NCBI GenBank assembly: GCA_944387215.1
Contig: CALXEB010000001.1
Location: 5,873 to 69,872, forward strand
Source: an uncultured Flavonifractor sp.
GTDB taxonomy: Bacteria; Bacillota; Clostridia; Oscillospirales; Oscillospiraceae
DNA: 64,000 nt
Reading direction: 5' to 3'
Under the pieces are notes generated by a model. The model had not been told where the DNA came from. It made no database searches and saw nothing but the letters and a program-made list of their open reading frames with translations. A program made the position numbers and the translations under genes. Below are positions 19,005 to 28,647 of the stretch, piece after piece; the first letter of the stretch is position 1; each line of letters opens with the position of its first letter.

Positions 19005-20132
19005 TCAGGGGCGGAGGATATGGGCCAGCAGCTGTGCCGCCCGGTCGATCTCCGCCGGGGTGTTGAAGGCCGAGACGCTCAGGCGCACGGTGCCGGTCTC
19101 CAGCGTGCCGGCAGAGCGGTGGGCCTCCGGGGCGCAGTGCAGCCCGGCGCGCAGCGCCGCTCCCCTGCGCCCCAGGGCCTCCCCCAGCTCCTCGCAGTCC
19201 CGCCCGGCCGCCCGGAAGGAGAGCACGCCGGCCTGCTCTGCCGGCGCGTCCGATGCGAACACCTCCACGCCGGGCAGGGCGGAGAGCCGCGCGGCCGCCC
19301 GGCGGACAAGGGCCTGTTCATGGCGGAGGATACGCTCCGTCCCCCGGGCGCGGACATAGCGCAGCCCCTCCAACAGGCCGGCGATGCCCGGGATGTTGTG
19401 GGTGCCCGCCTCCAGCCGGTCGGGAAGAAAGTCCGGCATGGCCTGGAGCGCGGACATGCTCCCCGTGCCGCCGGCCAGCAGAGGGGGCGGGAGCATACCC
19501 GCTGCGCACAGCAGCAGGCCCGTGCCCTGCGGGCCATAGAGCCCCTTGTGCCCCGGCATGGCCACAAAGGCCGCCCCCAGCTCCTCCAGAGAGACCGGCA
19601 GGCAGCCGGCGGACTGGGACGCGTCCAGCACAAAGGGTACGCCTTTCCGCCGGCACAGGCCGGCCAGCTCCTCCACAGGCAGCACAAAGCCGAACACATT
19701 GGACACGTGGGTGCATATGACCGCCTTTGTCTCCGCCTTCAGGGCCTGGTCGAAGGCGTCCAGCTGGGCCTGCCGGTCAAAGAGAGGCGCCCTGGCTGGG
19801 ATCACCTCCGCGCCCAGGGCGTGGAGCGGGCGGGTGACTGCATTGTGCTCCCAGCCGGAGATCACCACCCGGTCCCCCGCCCCTACCAGGGCCCGGATGG
19901 CCAGATTGAGCGCATGGGTGGCGTTGAAGGTAAAGACCACCTGCTCCGGGTCCGGCACGCCGAAGAGGTCCGCCGCCGCCTGACGGCAGCGGAACGCCGT
20001 CTCCGCCGCCCCCATGGCCGGCGGGTGGCCGCCGCGGCCGGGGGTGGTCAGGTGGCTCATGGCCCATGCTGCCGCCCGGGGGACCGCCGGCGGCTTCTGC
20101 AGGGTGGTGGCCGCGCTGTCCAGATAGATCAC
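19005..20132 (-). CDS. Class V PLP enzyme, cysteine desulfurase/selenocysteine lyase-like
   Basis: IYLDSAATT, HVSNV, DASQS, PGHKGLYGP, EAGT and RAGLHCAP. Confidence 0.9.
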   Translation of the reverse strand: MIYLDSAATTLQKPPAVPRAAAWAMSHLTTPGRGGHPPAMGAAETAFRCRQAAADLFGVPDPEQVVFTFNATHALNLAIRALVGAGDRVVISGWEHNAVTRPLHALGAEVIPARAPLFDRQAQLDAFDQALKAETKAVICTHVSNVFGFVLPVEELAGLCRRKGVPFVLDASQSAGCLPVSLEELGAAFVAMPGHKGLYGPQGTGLLLCAAGMLPPPLLAGGTGSMSALQAMPDFLPDRLEAGTHNIPGIAGLLEGLRYVRARGTERILRHEQALVRRAAARLSALPGVEVFASDAPAEQAGVLSFRAAGRDCEELGEALGRRGAALRAGLHCAPEAHRSAGTLETGTVRLSVSAFNTPAEIDRAAQLLAHILRP

Positions 20133-20383
20133 AGCTGCACCTCCCGGTAGTCCCCCGTCCCCTCAGTGAGGAAGATACGCTTGGGCGAAAGCCCCGCCCG
20201 CTTGAGCACCTGGAGGGCCCTGGCCAGGTTCCGCTCCGCCACCTTGACGCAGTGGCCGCACCCCTCCCCGGCCACCGCTCTGGGCGCTCGGAAAATGTGT
20301 GAGCCGATCCCGGCCCGCTCCAGCGCGGCCGCCGTCCGCTGGGCATAGGTCAGAGAGCGGCAGAGAATGAGATAGTAGACCAT
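20129..20383 (-). CDS. DUF3343 family small protein (putative S/Se carrier)
   Basis: RSLTYAQR...APRAVAGEGCG; 4-bp overlap with the desulfurase gene. Confidence 0.75.
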   Translation of the reverse strand: MVYYLILCRSLTYAQRTAAALERAGIGSHIFRAPRAVAGEGCGHCVKVAERNLARALQVLKRAGLSPKRIFLTEGTGDYREVQL

Positions 20384-20442
20384 AGCAAAACGCTCCTCTC
20401 GTGCCAGCGTATGCCGGCATCGAAAGGAGCGTGAAGGCAGGT

Positions 20443-20916
20443 TCAGCCCTCTTCCAAAAGACACACCGCGTGGGCCGCCATCCCATCCCCGGAGCCGGTG
20501 AAGCCCAGCTTCTCCTCTGTGGTGGCCTTTACGTTCACCCGGCTTTGGTCTACGCCCAGGCGGCGGGCCAGGTTCTCCGCCATGGCGGGGATATAGGGGG
20601 CCAGCCGGGGGCGCTGCGCCAGGATGGTCGCATCCACATTCCCGACCCGGAGGCCGGCGGAGCATATCCGTTCAACGACCCGGTCCAGGAGGACCAGGCT
20701 GTCCGCCCCGGCGTAGGCCGGGTCCGTGTCCGGGAACAGGCGGCCGATGTCCCCCATACCCGCCGCCCCCAGCAGGGCGTCCATCACCGCGTGGGTGAGC
20801 ACGTCAGCGTCAGAATGGCCCAGCAGCCCCTTTTCAAAGGGGATCTCCACTCCGCCCAGGATCAGCCGCCGGCCCTCAGCCAGCCGATGTACGTCGTATC
20901 CATGTCCAATTCGCAT
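20443..20916 (-). CDS. ispF: 2-C-methyl-D-erythritol 2,4-cyclodiphosphate synthase
   Basis: [24 protein letters not shown] and KATTEE. Confidence 0.96.
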   Translation of the reverse strand: MRIGHGYDVHRLAEGRRLILGGVEIPFEKGLLGHSDADVLTHAVMDALLGAAGMGDIGRLFPDTDPAYAGADSLVLLDRVVERICSAGLRVGNVDATILAQRPRLAPYIPAMAENLARRLGVDQSRVNVKATTEEKLGFTGSGDGMAAHAVCLLEEG

Positions 20917-21647
20917 TACACTTCCTCCTGTTCCAGAAAGGCCCCGACCGCAGCCAGATCCTCCGGGGTGGTGATCTTCAGATTGCGGTAGTCGCCCTGG
21001 GTCAGCGCCACCCCGATGCCCAGCCGTTCCACGGCGGAGCAGTCGTCGGTAAGGACCGCCCCCTCCTCCAGCGCCCGCTCCAGGGCGCCGCGGATAAGGT
21101 CGGTCTGAAAGACCTGGGGCGTCTGGACGGCAAAGAGCTCCGCACGGTCCAGCGTCTCCGTCACCACGGCGTTCTTTGCCCGCTTGACCGTGTCCTTTAC
21201 CGGCACCGCCGGCGCCGCCGCGCCGCACTGAGCGGCCCGGGTGATGACCGTCTCCAGCAGGGCCTGGCTCACCAGCGGCCGGGCCCCGTCGTGGATCGCC
21301 ACCAGCTCCGCCCGCCGGCCGAGCTCCAGCACGCCGTTGAGCACCGACTGGGTGCGGGTTGAGCCGCCCGGGATGACGCGGCTCACCTTTTCCAGCCGGC
21401 GGTCCTGGCACATCTGTCCGATCGGGACGATCAGGTCCCGCCGGGTGACCACGACGATCTCCGTGATATAAGGGCACAGTTCCAGGGCACGGAGCGTATG
21501 GGCCAAAACGGGCTCCTCCCCCAGGGGCAGCATCAGCTTGTCCTGTCCGCCCATGCGGGTGGAGCTGCCCGCCGCCGCCACCACGGCGGCACAGGAAGGA
21601 CCGCGCTCCTTCTTTTTTCCGAACAGGCGGGAAAAAAGTCCAGCCAT
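20916..21647 (-). CDS. ispD: 2-C-methyl-D-erythritol 4-phosphate cytidylyltransferase
   Basis: [22 protein letters not shown] and NLKITTPED. Confidence 0.96.
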   Translation of the reverse strand: MAGLFSRLFGKKKERGPSCAAVVAAAGSSTRMGGQDKLMLPLGEEPVLAHTLRALELCPYITEIVVVTRRDLIVPIGQMCQDRRLEKVSRVIPGGSTRTQSVLNGVLELGRRAELVAIHDGARPLVSQALLETVITRAAQCGAAAPAVPVKDTVKRAKNAVVTETLDRAELFAVQTPQVFQTDLIRGALERALEEGAVLTDDCSAVERLGIGVALTQGDYRNLKITTPEDLAAVGAFLEQEEV

Positions 21648-21665
21648 GTCCCATACCTCCTCCAC

Positions 21666-21691
21666 AAAAAAGGAGCCGTGAGGCTCCTTTT
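21666..21691 (-). terminator. Intrinsic terminator after carD
   Basis: AAAAGGAGCC-4-GGCTCCTTTT inverted repeat. Confidence 0.7.
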
Positions 21692-21728
21692 GGTCACTGA
21701 TTCTCGCCCGGATCCCTGGTAGAACGTA

Positions 21729-22205
21729 TTAGGCCAGGGCAGTGTTTATGCGCTTTTCCACGTCCTCATAGCTGGCGTTCTTGGACAGGACGATCTCTGA
21801 AATGAGGATCTGCTTGGCGGAGTGGAGCATCTTCCGCTCCCCGGTGGACAGCCCCCGCTCCCCCTCCCGGAGCATCAGGCCCTTCACCACCCGGGCCACC
21901 TCCAGCAAATCGCCGCTCTTGAGCCGGAGCATGTTTTCCCGATAGCGCCGGTTCCAGTTGGAGGTCATGTCCACCTCGATCTCCGGGATGGCGGCGATGA
22001 TGCGGTCGGCCTCCTCTCCCCGGACCACCGGGCGGACGCCGATCTCGTCGCTGTGCTCGGTGGGGATCATGACCAGCATGCCGCCTACGGGCAGCTTCAG
22101 CGTATAATACTCCCGCACCACGCCATTGACCTTCTTTTGTACGATGCTGTCCACGACGCCGGCGCCATGCATCGGATGGACGATCTTATCTCCTACCTGA
22201 AACAC
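21729..22205 (-). CDS. carD: CarD family transcriptional regulator
   Basis: FQVGDKIVHPMHGAG and NWNRRYR; GTG start after a GGAGG SD. Confidence 0.92.
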   Translation of the reverse strand: MFQVGDKIVHPMHGAGVVDSIVQKKVNGVVREYYTLKLPVGGMLVMIPTEHSDEIGVRPVVRGEEADRIIAAIPEIEVDMTSNWNRRYRENMLRLKSGDLLEVARVVKGLMLREGERGLSTGERKMLHSAKQILISEIVLSKNASYEDVEKRINTALA

Positions 22206-22263
22206 GCTCCCACCTCCCAGCTCAAAATCTCCAGTTTGTATAACAAAAGCTTTCAACACTACT

Positions 22264-22292
22264 ATTATAGACACATTTTCGTACGATTGCAA
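22264..22292 (-). promoter_or_regulatory. Sigma-A promoter for carD
   Basis: TTGCAA-17 bp-TATAAT. Confidence 0.7.
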
Positions 22293-22323
22293 GTAAATTT
22301 CTGCTATATACCTGTAAAAAAGC

Positions 22324-22360
22324 AAAAAACCACGCCGTTTCACAGTGGAAACGGCGTGGT
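22324..22360 (-). terminator. Intrinsic terminator after ispH-rpsA
   Basis: ACCACGCCGTTTC/GAAACGGCGTGGT stem followed by a T-tract on the minus strand. Confidence 0.8.
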
Positions 22361-22378
22361 CGATGCGCAAAAGGACGA

Positions 22379-24361
22379 TTACTCCGCGTTGTCACCCTCG
22401 GGAGCGGCCTCAGCCTCGGTATCCTCAGCGTCCTCCATCGGAGCCGCAGGCTCTTCCAGCAGCGCACGGATGGACAGGGAGACTTTCTTCTTATCGTAGT
22501 CGATGTCGGTGATCTTCACGTCCACCATCTGGCCCTCGCTGAGCACGTCGCCGGGCTTGTCGATGCGGTGGTCGGCGATCTGAGAGATGTGGATCAGCCC
22601 GTCCACACCGGGGACGATCTCGGCAAAGGCGCCGAAGGTCATCAGCTTGACCACCCGGACATTGGCCACATCGCCCACCTGGTATTTGCCGGTGAACACT
22701 TCCCAGGGGTTCTGGGAGCGGTCCTTCATGCCCAGGGAGATCTTCTTCTTCTCCTTGTCAAAGGAGATGACATACACGTCCACGGTGTCCCCCACGCTCA
22801 CCACCTCGGAGGGGTGCTTGATGCGGGACCAGGACAGCTCGGAGATGTGGACCATGCCGTCCACGCCGCCGATGTCCACGAAAGCGCCGTAAGAGGTCAG
22901 GCTCTTGACGGTGCCGGTGTAGTGCTTGTTCTCCTCGATGTTCTCCCAGACCTCTGCGGCCTTGGCGGCGCGCTCTTCGGCCTCCACGGCGCGGATGGAG
23001 CCAACCACGCGCTTACGGGCGCGGTTGACCTCGGTGATGCGCAGGCGCACCTTCTGCTTGACCAGCTGGCTCATGGGCGTATCCCGGGGCAGGCCGGTCT
23101 GAGAGGCGGGCACAAAGACGCGCACGCCTTTGATGTTGACCACAACGCCGCCCTTGTTCTCCTCGGTGACCACGCCCTCCACGGTGGTGCGGTCCTCCTT
23201 GGCCTGCTCGATGTCTTCCCAGCTCTTGACGGTGTCAAGGCGCTTCTTGGAGAGGGTGACCACACCCTCCTGGTCGTTCACGCGCATGACATAGGTCTCG
23301 ATCTCGTCGCCCACATGCACCAGGTCCTCGACCTTGACCGAGGGGTCGTCGGTCAGCTCGGACACCGGTATGTAGCCGGCGTGCTTGGTACCAAGATCCA
23401 CATAGATCTCAGTGGGCGTGATGCCAGTGACAACGCCCGTGACCTTCTCCCCTGTATTTAAAGTCTTGATCGATTTCTCCAGCATTTCGGCAAAGGATTC
23501 CTCGATCTCAAAGTTTTCTTCGCTCATTTTGTCATAGACCTCCTTTATAATCCACTCAGGCGTGGACGCGCCCGCAGTGATCCCTATGGAAGCCTTCCGA
23601 TACAGGGTGGAAGGTTCCAGCTCTGACGCACGCTCGATCCAGACGACCGTGGGGCAGAGCGCTGCGCACAATTCCGACAGACGCTTGGTATTGGAACTCT
23701 CCCGTCCGCCGATGACGACCACAGCATCGGACCGGGCGGCCAGAGCCTGTGCCTCAGACTGCCGTTTATACGTAGCATTACATATTGTATCAAATATTTT
23801 TAAATTTGTACACACTTTTTTTGCTTTTTCTACGCACTTATCCCAAACTGCCCGGGTGGAGGTGGTTTGGGACACCATCGTGACCGGCAGATCACGGCGG
23901 TCCGGCGCCGCCTCCAGCCACTGGGCCAGGGCGCAGACCCCTTCAAATACCAGAGGATGCGCGCACCAGCCGGCAATGGCGGTCACCTCCGGATGGGTAG
24001 GCGTGCCGATGATGATCACCTGCCTGCCCTCCCCCTCCGCCTGTTCCACGATCTGGTGGATGCGGGAGACATTGGGACAGGTCGCATCGATCACCGGGCA
24101 GCCGAGCTGGGCCAGTCTCTGGTGGACCGCCCGCCCCTCGCCGTGGGAGCGGATGATGACCGCCGTGCCCGGCGCCGCCTCCTCCGGGGACTGGATCAGC
24201 CCCACCCCCAGGGAGCGGAGGTAATCCGTAACGCTGCGGTTGTGGATCACCGGGCCCAGCATGGCGCAGGGGCGGCCCTCCGCGGCGGCCTGCTCCGCCA
24301 TCGCCACGGCCCGCCGCACCCCATAGCAGAAGCCGGCAGATCTGGCAAGCTCGATTTTCAT
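22379..24361 (-). CDS. ispH-rpsA: Bifunctional IspH / 30S ribosomal protein S1 fusion
   Basis: AGFCYGV, SHGE, DATCP, TICNAT, SSNT and GASTP, followed in frame by four S1 repeats (GAFVDIGGVDGMVHISE). Confidence 0.95.
   Translation of the reverse strand: MKIELARSAGFCYGVRRAVAMAEQAAAEGRPCAMLGPVIHNRSVTDYLRSLGVGLIQSPEEAAPGTAVIIRSHGEGRAVHQRLAQLGCPVIDATCPNVSRIHQIVEQAEGEGRQVIIIGTPTHPEVTAIAGWCAHPLVFEGVCALAQWLEAAPDRRDLPVTMVSQTTSTRAVWDKCVEKAKKVCTNLKIFDTICNATYKRQSEAQALAARSDAVVVIGGRESSNTKRLSELCAALCPTVVWIERASELEPSTLYRKASIGITAGASTPEWIIKEVYDKMSEENFEIEESFAEMLEKSIKTLNTGEKVTGVVTGITPTEIYVDLGTKHAGYIPVSELTDDPSVKVEDLVHVGDEIETYVMRVNDQEGVVTLSKKRLDTVKSWEDIEQAKEDRTTVEGVVTEENKGGVVVNIKGVRVFVPASQTGLPRDTPMSQLVKQKVRLRITEVNRARKRVVGSIRAVEAEERAAKAAEVWENIEENKHYTGTVKSLTSYGAFVDIGGVDGMVHISELSWSRIKHPSEVVSVGDTVDVYVISFDKEKKKISLGMKDRSQNPWEVFTGKYQVGDVANVRVVKLMTFGAFAEIVPGVDGLIHISQIADHRIDKPGDVLSEGQMVDVKITDIDYDKKKVSLSIRALLEEPAAPMEDAEDTEAEAAPEGDNAE
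23784..23812 (-). promoter_or_regulatory. Intragenic promoter in ispH, upstream of the S1 half
   Basis: TGTACA-17 bp-TACAAT with TG extension in a strongly AT-rich patch; downstream SD AAAGGAGG and in-frame ATG at 23527. Confidence 0.6.
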
Positions 24362-24975
24362 CGGCCGGCCTGGGGCTTCAAAGCCTCGATGCGGGCCATC
24401 AGGTCGTCCGCCGCAGCGCGGTAGTCCTCCTGCGTAGGCTTGCGGCCTTCCGGTGCCTTGGGGTAGTATGCCTCGCCGAACACCACGGGATTCCTCCGAA
24501 AGAACTTCTTTTCCGCCGGGAGATAGATGGGGATGATGGGCACCCTCGTGCGCATGGCCAGCATGGCCGCGCCGGTCTTGGCGTCGCCGAAGTCCCCGTC
24601 CTGGTGGCGGGTCCCCTCCGGGAACATGAGCAGCAGCTCGCCGTTTTTTAAGTACTTCATGGCGGTCTTGATGGCGGCCACATCCGCCTTGCCCCGTTTG
24701 ACGCCGAAGATCCCGCCGTGGCGCAGCACCCAGCCGATGAAGGGCCAGTGCATGACCTCCTCCTTGGCCATTACATGGATCTGATAGGGCCAGCCCAGGG
24801 CATAGGCCACAAAGAGCGGGTCGCTCATGCGGGTATGGTTGGCGCACAGCAGGGCGCCGCCCTTGGGGCGGTTTTGCTTGTTGATACAGCGGGCAGGCAT
24901 GAAAATGCGGTACACCACCCAAAGCACCACGTAGGCGATGCAGTAGATCAGGTTTTTCTTGGGCCACTTATCCAT
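24358..24975 (-). CDS. plsC: 1-acyl-sn-glycerol-3-phosphate acyltransferase
   Basis: NHTRMSD (HX4D) and FPEGTR. Confidence 0.92.
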   Translation of the reverse strand: MDKWPKKNLIYCIAYVVLWVVYRIFMPARCINKQNRPKGGALLCANHTRMSDPLFVAYALGWPYQIHVMAKEEVMHWPFIGWVLRHGGIFGVKRGKADVAAIKTAMKYLKNGELLLMFPEGTRHQDGDFGDAKTGAAMLAMRTRVPIIPIYLPAEKKFFRRNPVVFGEAYYPKAPEGRKPTQEDYRAAADDLMARIEALKPQAGR

Positions 24976-25648
24976 GGGCCAGATGCTCCTTTGCGATCAG
25001 TTTCAGGAGCGCCAGGCTCTGCTCCAGATCCTTGTCGGTGGTGTCCGCCAGCACTGCGTCTTCGGCCTGCCGAAGGGGGGCCGCCGCCCGGCTGGTATCC
25101 TGCGCGTCCCGGGCCTTCACATCCCGGAGAACGGTCTCATAATCCGCCGGCTGGCCGCGCTGCTGCAGCTCCAGCCAGCGGCGGCGGGCCCGGACCTCCG
25201 GGGCGGCGGTGAGGAAGATCTTGACGTCGGCCCCCGGCAGCACCACGGTCCCGATGTCGCGGCCGTCCATGACCACATCGTGCTCCCGGGCCAGGCTCCG
25301 CTGCTGCTCCATCAGGAATGCCCGCACCTCCGGGATGGCGGAGACGGCGGAAGCAAAGGCGGATATCTCATGCCGGCGGATCTCCGCCGTCACGTCCTCC
25401 CCGTTGAGATACATGTGCTGCAGGCCGTCAGATCCGTATTTCATCGCGATATCCAGGGCCTTCAGCAGGGGGATCACCGCTTGGGGGTCAGAGGGGTCCA
25501 CCCCCACCCGAAAGGCCTGCAGGCCCACGGTGCGGTAGATGGCCCCGGTGTCCACGTACAAAAACCCCAGCGCCTCCGCCAGGGCCTTGGCCAGGGTAGA
25601 CTTCCCGGCCCCGGAGGGGCCGTCGATGGCGATACTTCTATGTCTCAA
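24968..25648 (-). CDS. cmk: Cytidylate kinase
   Basis: IAIDGPSGAGKST, DTGAIYR and DGRDIGTVV. Confidence 0.97.
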   Translation of the reverse strand: MRHRSIAIDGPSGAGKSTLAKALAEALGFLYVDTGAIYRTVGLQAFRVGVDPSDPQAVIPLLKALDIAMKYGSDGLQHMYLNGEDVTAEIRRHEISAFASAVSAIPEVRAFLMEQQRSLAREHDVVMDGRDIGTVVLPGADVKIFLTAAPEVRARRRWLELQQRGQPADYETVLRDVKARDAQDTSRAAAPLRQAEDAVLADTTDKDLEQSLALLKLIAKEHLAHG

Positions 25649-26898
25649 GTCAGTTCCTCCTCGCCAAGCGCCCGCTCTGCCGCGGCCAGCCCGGCCGCCC
25701 GGCCGGTGGACCAGGCGATCTGCAGATTGAAGCCGCCGGTGTAGGCGTCCACATCCAGCACCTCCCCGGCAAAATAGACGCCGGGGGCCTTTTTGGAGGC
25801 CATGGTGGACGGGTCCACTTCAGCGGTCTTGACACCGCCGGCGGTGACGATGGCCTCCTCCACGGGACGGGGGCCGGCAATGTCGATGCGCAGTCCCTTC
25901 AAAGTCTCCAGCAGGCGGCGGCGCTGGGCCCTGGTCACGGAGTGGGCCTTCTCGTCTGTCGGGATGCCGGCAAGCCCGGCCAGGACCGGGGCCATAAGCC
26001 GTGGGACCAGGGCCTCCAGCACGTTGTGAACGTCCCGGTTGGCGTTCTCGTTCAGTTCCCGGAGCAGCCGCCTGTCCAGCGTCTCTTCGTCCAGGGCGGG
26101 CTTCATGTCCAACAAGACGCAGTAGCGGTCCGTTTCAAAGTCCCGCATATGCGCAGAGGCAGTGAGGATCAGGGGGCCGGACAGGCCGAAATGGGTAAAG
26201 AGCAGCTCCCCCTGCCCGGCATACACGGCCTTTCCCTTCCTGTTTTTTACCCTGATGGCCACATTGCGCAGGGACAGGCCCTGCATCTCGGCGCAAAAGC
26301 CCTGTTCGGCCACCAAGGGCACCAGAGAACCCCTGGGCGGGACCACCGTATGGCCCAACGCGCGGGCGAAGCCGTACCCGTCCCCGGTGGAGCCGGTAAG
26401 CGGGTAAGAAACGCCCCCCGTGGCGATCACCACCGCCGCGCAGGGGTAGAAGCCGCGCTCCCCCTCGACGCCCAGAAGGTCCTCCCCCGCCCGGCGCAGC
26501 GCGGCGGCCCGATCCTGCACGATGCACACGCCCGCCCGGCGCAGCGCCCGAAGCAGGGCGTCGATGACGTCGGCCGCCCTGTCCGACTGGGGGAAAATCC
26601 GATTCCCCCGCTCCGTTTTGAGGGGCACGCCCCGTGCCTCAAAAAACGCCTTAACCGCCTCCGGCGGGAAGCGGGTCACGGCGCTGGTGAGGAACCGGCC
26701 GTTCCGGGGCACGTGGTCCAGCACCTCCCGGGGAGAGCAGTCATTGGTCACATTGCACCGGCCCTTGCCGGTGATATAGAGCTTGCGGCCCAGCTTGGGG
26801 TTGCGTTCCAGCAGCGTGACGGCGGCCCCCCGCTCTGCGGCGGCCAGGGCCGCCATGCACCCGGCGGCGCCGCCGCCGATGACTACGACCTGCCTCAC
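25645..26898 (-). CDS. HI0933/BaiN family NAD(P)/FAD-dependent oxidoreductase
   Basis: GGGAAG, TGKGRCNVTN, ATGGVSYP and GGFNLQIAW. Confidence 0.92.
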   Translation of the reverse strand: MRQVVVIGGGAAGCMAALAAAERGAAVTLLERNPKLGRKLYITGKGRCNVTNDCSPREVLDHVPRNGRFLTSAVTRFPPEAVKAFFEARGVPLKTERGNRIFPQSDRAADVIDALLRALRRAGVCIVQDRAAALRRAGEDLLGVEGERGFYPCAAVVIATGGVSYPLTGSTGDGYGFARALGHTVVPPRGSLVPLVAEQGFCAEMQGLSLRNVAIRVKNRKGKAVYAGQGELLFTHFGLSGPLILTASAHMRDFETDRYCVLLDMKPALDEETLDRRLLRELNENANRDVHNVLEALVPRLMAPVLAGLAGIPTDEKAHSVTRAQRRRLLETLKGLRIDIAGPRPVEEAIVTAGGVKTAEVDPSTMASKKAPGVYFAGEVLDVDAYTGGFNLQIAWSTGRAAGLAAAERALGEEELT

Positions 26899-27764
26899 TG
26901 ATCCTCTTCCGCCTTTTCGTAGACCTCATACTCGTCCCAGATGCGCTCCAGCTCGGCAAAGGTGTGGGACAGGTCCTGGTCCTTTTTCCGGCCGATGGCC
27001 ACGATCAGGGCGTTGATGAGGCTCAGCGGCGCCACCAGGGAGTCCACGAAGGAAGCCATGTCGCTCTTGGCAAGCAGCCGGTGCGTGCAATAAGGCACCA
27101 GGGGCGACGTCTCGCTGTCGGTGAGGGCGATGGCGGTGGCGCCCCGGTCGTGGGCAAACTGCATGGCCTTTACCGTCCGGCGGGAATAGCGGGGGAAGCT
27201 GATGCCGATGACCACATCCCCCGGGGCCACGCGCAGCATCTGTTCGAACACCTCGCTGGTGGAGGTGGTGTGGATGATGGTCACATGGTCGAAGATCAGG
27301 TTGAAGTAGAAGCCCAAAAAGCTGGCCAGAGCGGCGGCGGAGCGCACGCCCAGGATGTAGATGCGCCGGGCGGACACGATGGCCTCCACCGCCTGGTCAA
27401 ATTCCTGCCGGTCGGTCTCCTCCATGGTCATGTGGATCTTCTCGATATCCGACTGCATCACCATGGACAGGATGTCCTGGTCGCCGATGCGGTCGTTGGA
27501 CACCTCGATGCGCTGGACCGAGGTGAGCTTGGAGCGGATCATCTCCTGCAGGGCCTTCTGCATGGCGGGATAGCCGTCATAATTCAGTTCGGCGGCAAAC
27601 CGCACTACGGTGGACTCGCTGACCTTTACCGTCTTGCCCAGTTTGCTGGCGGTCATGAAGGCCGCCTTGTCATAGGATTCCAGGATGAAGTTGGCGATGA
27701 GCTTCTGTCCCTTTGAGAAGGTGCTCATATTTTCCCGGATGATGGACAGGATGTCTTTTGTCAT
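26895..27764 (-). CDS. MurR/RpiR family transcriptional regulator
   Basis: VSESTVVRFA HTH and SIS domain (ISFPRYS, LTDSETSPL). Confidence 0.93.
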   Translation of the reverse strand: MTKDILSIIRENMSTFSKGQKLIANFILESYDKAAFMTASKLGKTVKVSESTVVRFAAELNYDGYPAMQKALQEMIRSKLTSVQRIEVSNDRIGDQDILSMVMQSDIEKIHMTMEETDRQEFDQAVEAIVSARRIYILGVRSAAALASFLGFYFNLIFDHVTIIHTTSTSEVFEQMLRVAPGDVVIGISFPRYSRRTVKAMQFAHDRGATAIALTDSETSPLVPYCTHRLLAKSDMASFVDSLVAPLSLINALIVAIGRKKDQDLSHTFAELERIWDEYEVYEKAEEDQ

Positions 27765-27824
27765 GGTGGGTCCGCCTTTCTGCCCGCGGAGCGGTATACG
27801 CCCCTCCGCGGCGATGTCCTTTCT

Positions 27825-27853
27825 ATCATACCGGGAATCGAACGGAAAAGCAA
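27825..27853 (-). promoter_or_regulatory. Sigma-A promoter for the rpiR-cmk operon
   Basis: TTGCTT-17 bp-TATGAT. Confidence 0.55.
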
Positions 27854-27889
27854 TCCCTTTTTGCAAGATTTTCATTCATTCTTGCAAAA

Positions 27890-28591
27890 TCATCCTTCTT
27901 CTTTCAGCTGCCTGACCTCTTCCTCCGTCAGGCGCCGCCACTGCCCCGGCGGCAGGGCGCCCAGCGTCAGCGAACCCTCCCGTACCCGGCGCAGGCGGCG
28001 CACGCGCAGCCCTGCAAGGGCGCACATCCGCCGCACCTGGCGGTTGCGGCCCTCGTGGATGGTCACCGAGAGAGCCCCCTCCCCCAACGGCATCACCCTG
28101 GCCGGGCTGAGCGGCACCCCGTCCAGCTCCATGGGGCCCCGGAGGATGGGCAGGGCCGGACCGATATCGCCCTCCACCCAGACGTGGTATTCCTTCTCCA
28201 CCTGATGGCTGGGATGGAGGAGCTTCTGGGTGAGGTCCCCGTCGTCGGTGAGGACCAGCAGGCCCTCGGAATCCAGATCCAGCCGCCCCACCGGCCACAC
28301 CGCAGCCCCGCAGCCGGCAATCAGGTCGGCCACGGTCCTGCGCCCTCTCTCGTCGGAGCGGGTGGTGACATAGCCCCGGGGCTTGTTGAGCAGAAGATAA
28401 GTACGCGTTTTCAGCCGGGGCAGCGGAGCGCCGTCCACCCGGATCTCGTCCCGGTCCGGGTCGGCCTTGTCCCCGACCTTGGCCGGGATCCCGTTCACCG
28501 TCACCCGCCCCGCCGCCAGCAAGTCCTCCGCCCCGCGGCGGGAGGCTACCCCGCGGGCGGACAGCAGCTTTTGCAGCCGTTCTTCCATCAT
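27890..28591 (-). CDS. rluB: rRNA pseudouridine synthase (RluB/RsuA family)
   Basis: ERLQK S4 domain, NKPRG, VGRLD and EGRNRQVRRM. Confidence 0.9.
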   Translation of the reverse strand: MMEERLQKLLSARGVASRRGAEDLLAAGRVTVNGIPAKVGDKADPDRDEIRVDGAPLPRLKTRTYLLLNKPRGYVTTRSDERGRRTVADLIAGCGAAVWPVGRLDLDSEGLLVLTDDGDLTQKLLHPSHQVEKEYHVWVEGDIGPALPILRGPMELDGVPLSPARVMPLGEGALSVTIHEGRNRQVRRMCALAGLRVRRLRRVREGSLTLGALPPGQWRRLTEEEVRQLKEEG

Positions 28592-28647
28592 TTTCTCCTC
28601 ACAGGAAAGCCTGTCGCAGTGCAGCAGGCTTTGATTCATGTCCGCGC

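Noticed and set aside
20443-21654. Apparent ispD-ispF fusion or frameshift (403-aa ORF)
   Set aside because: The long ORF is an upstream extension of ispF in another frame. ispD and ispF are separate genes with a TAATG overlap.
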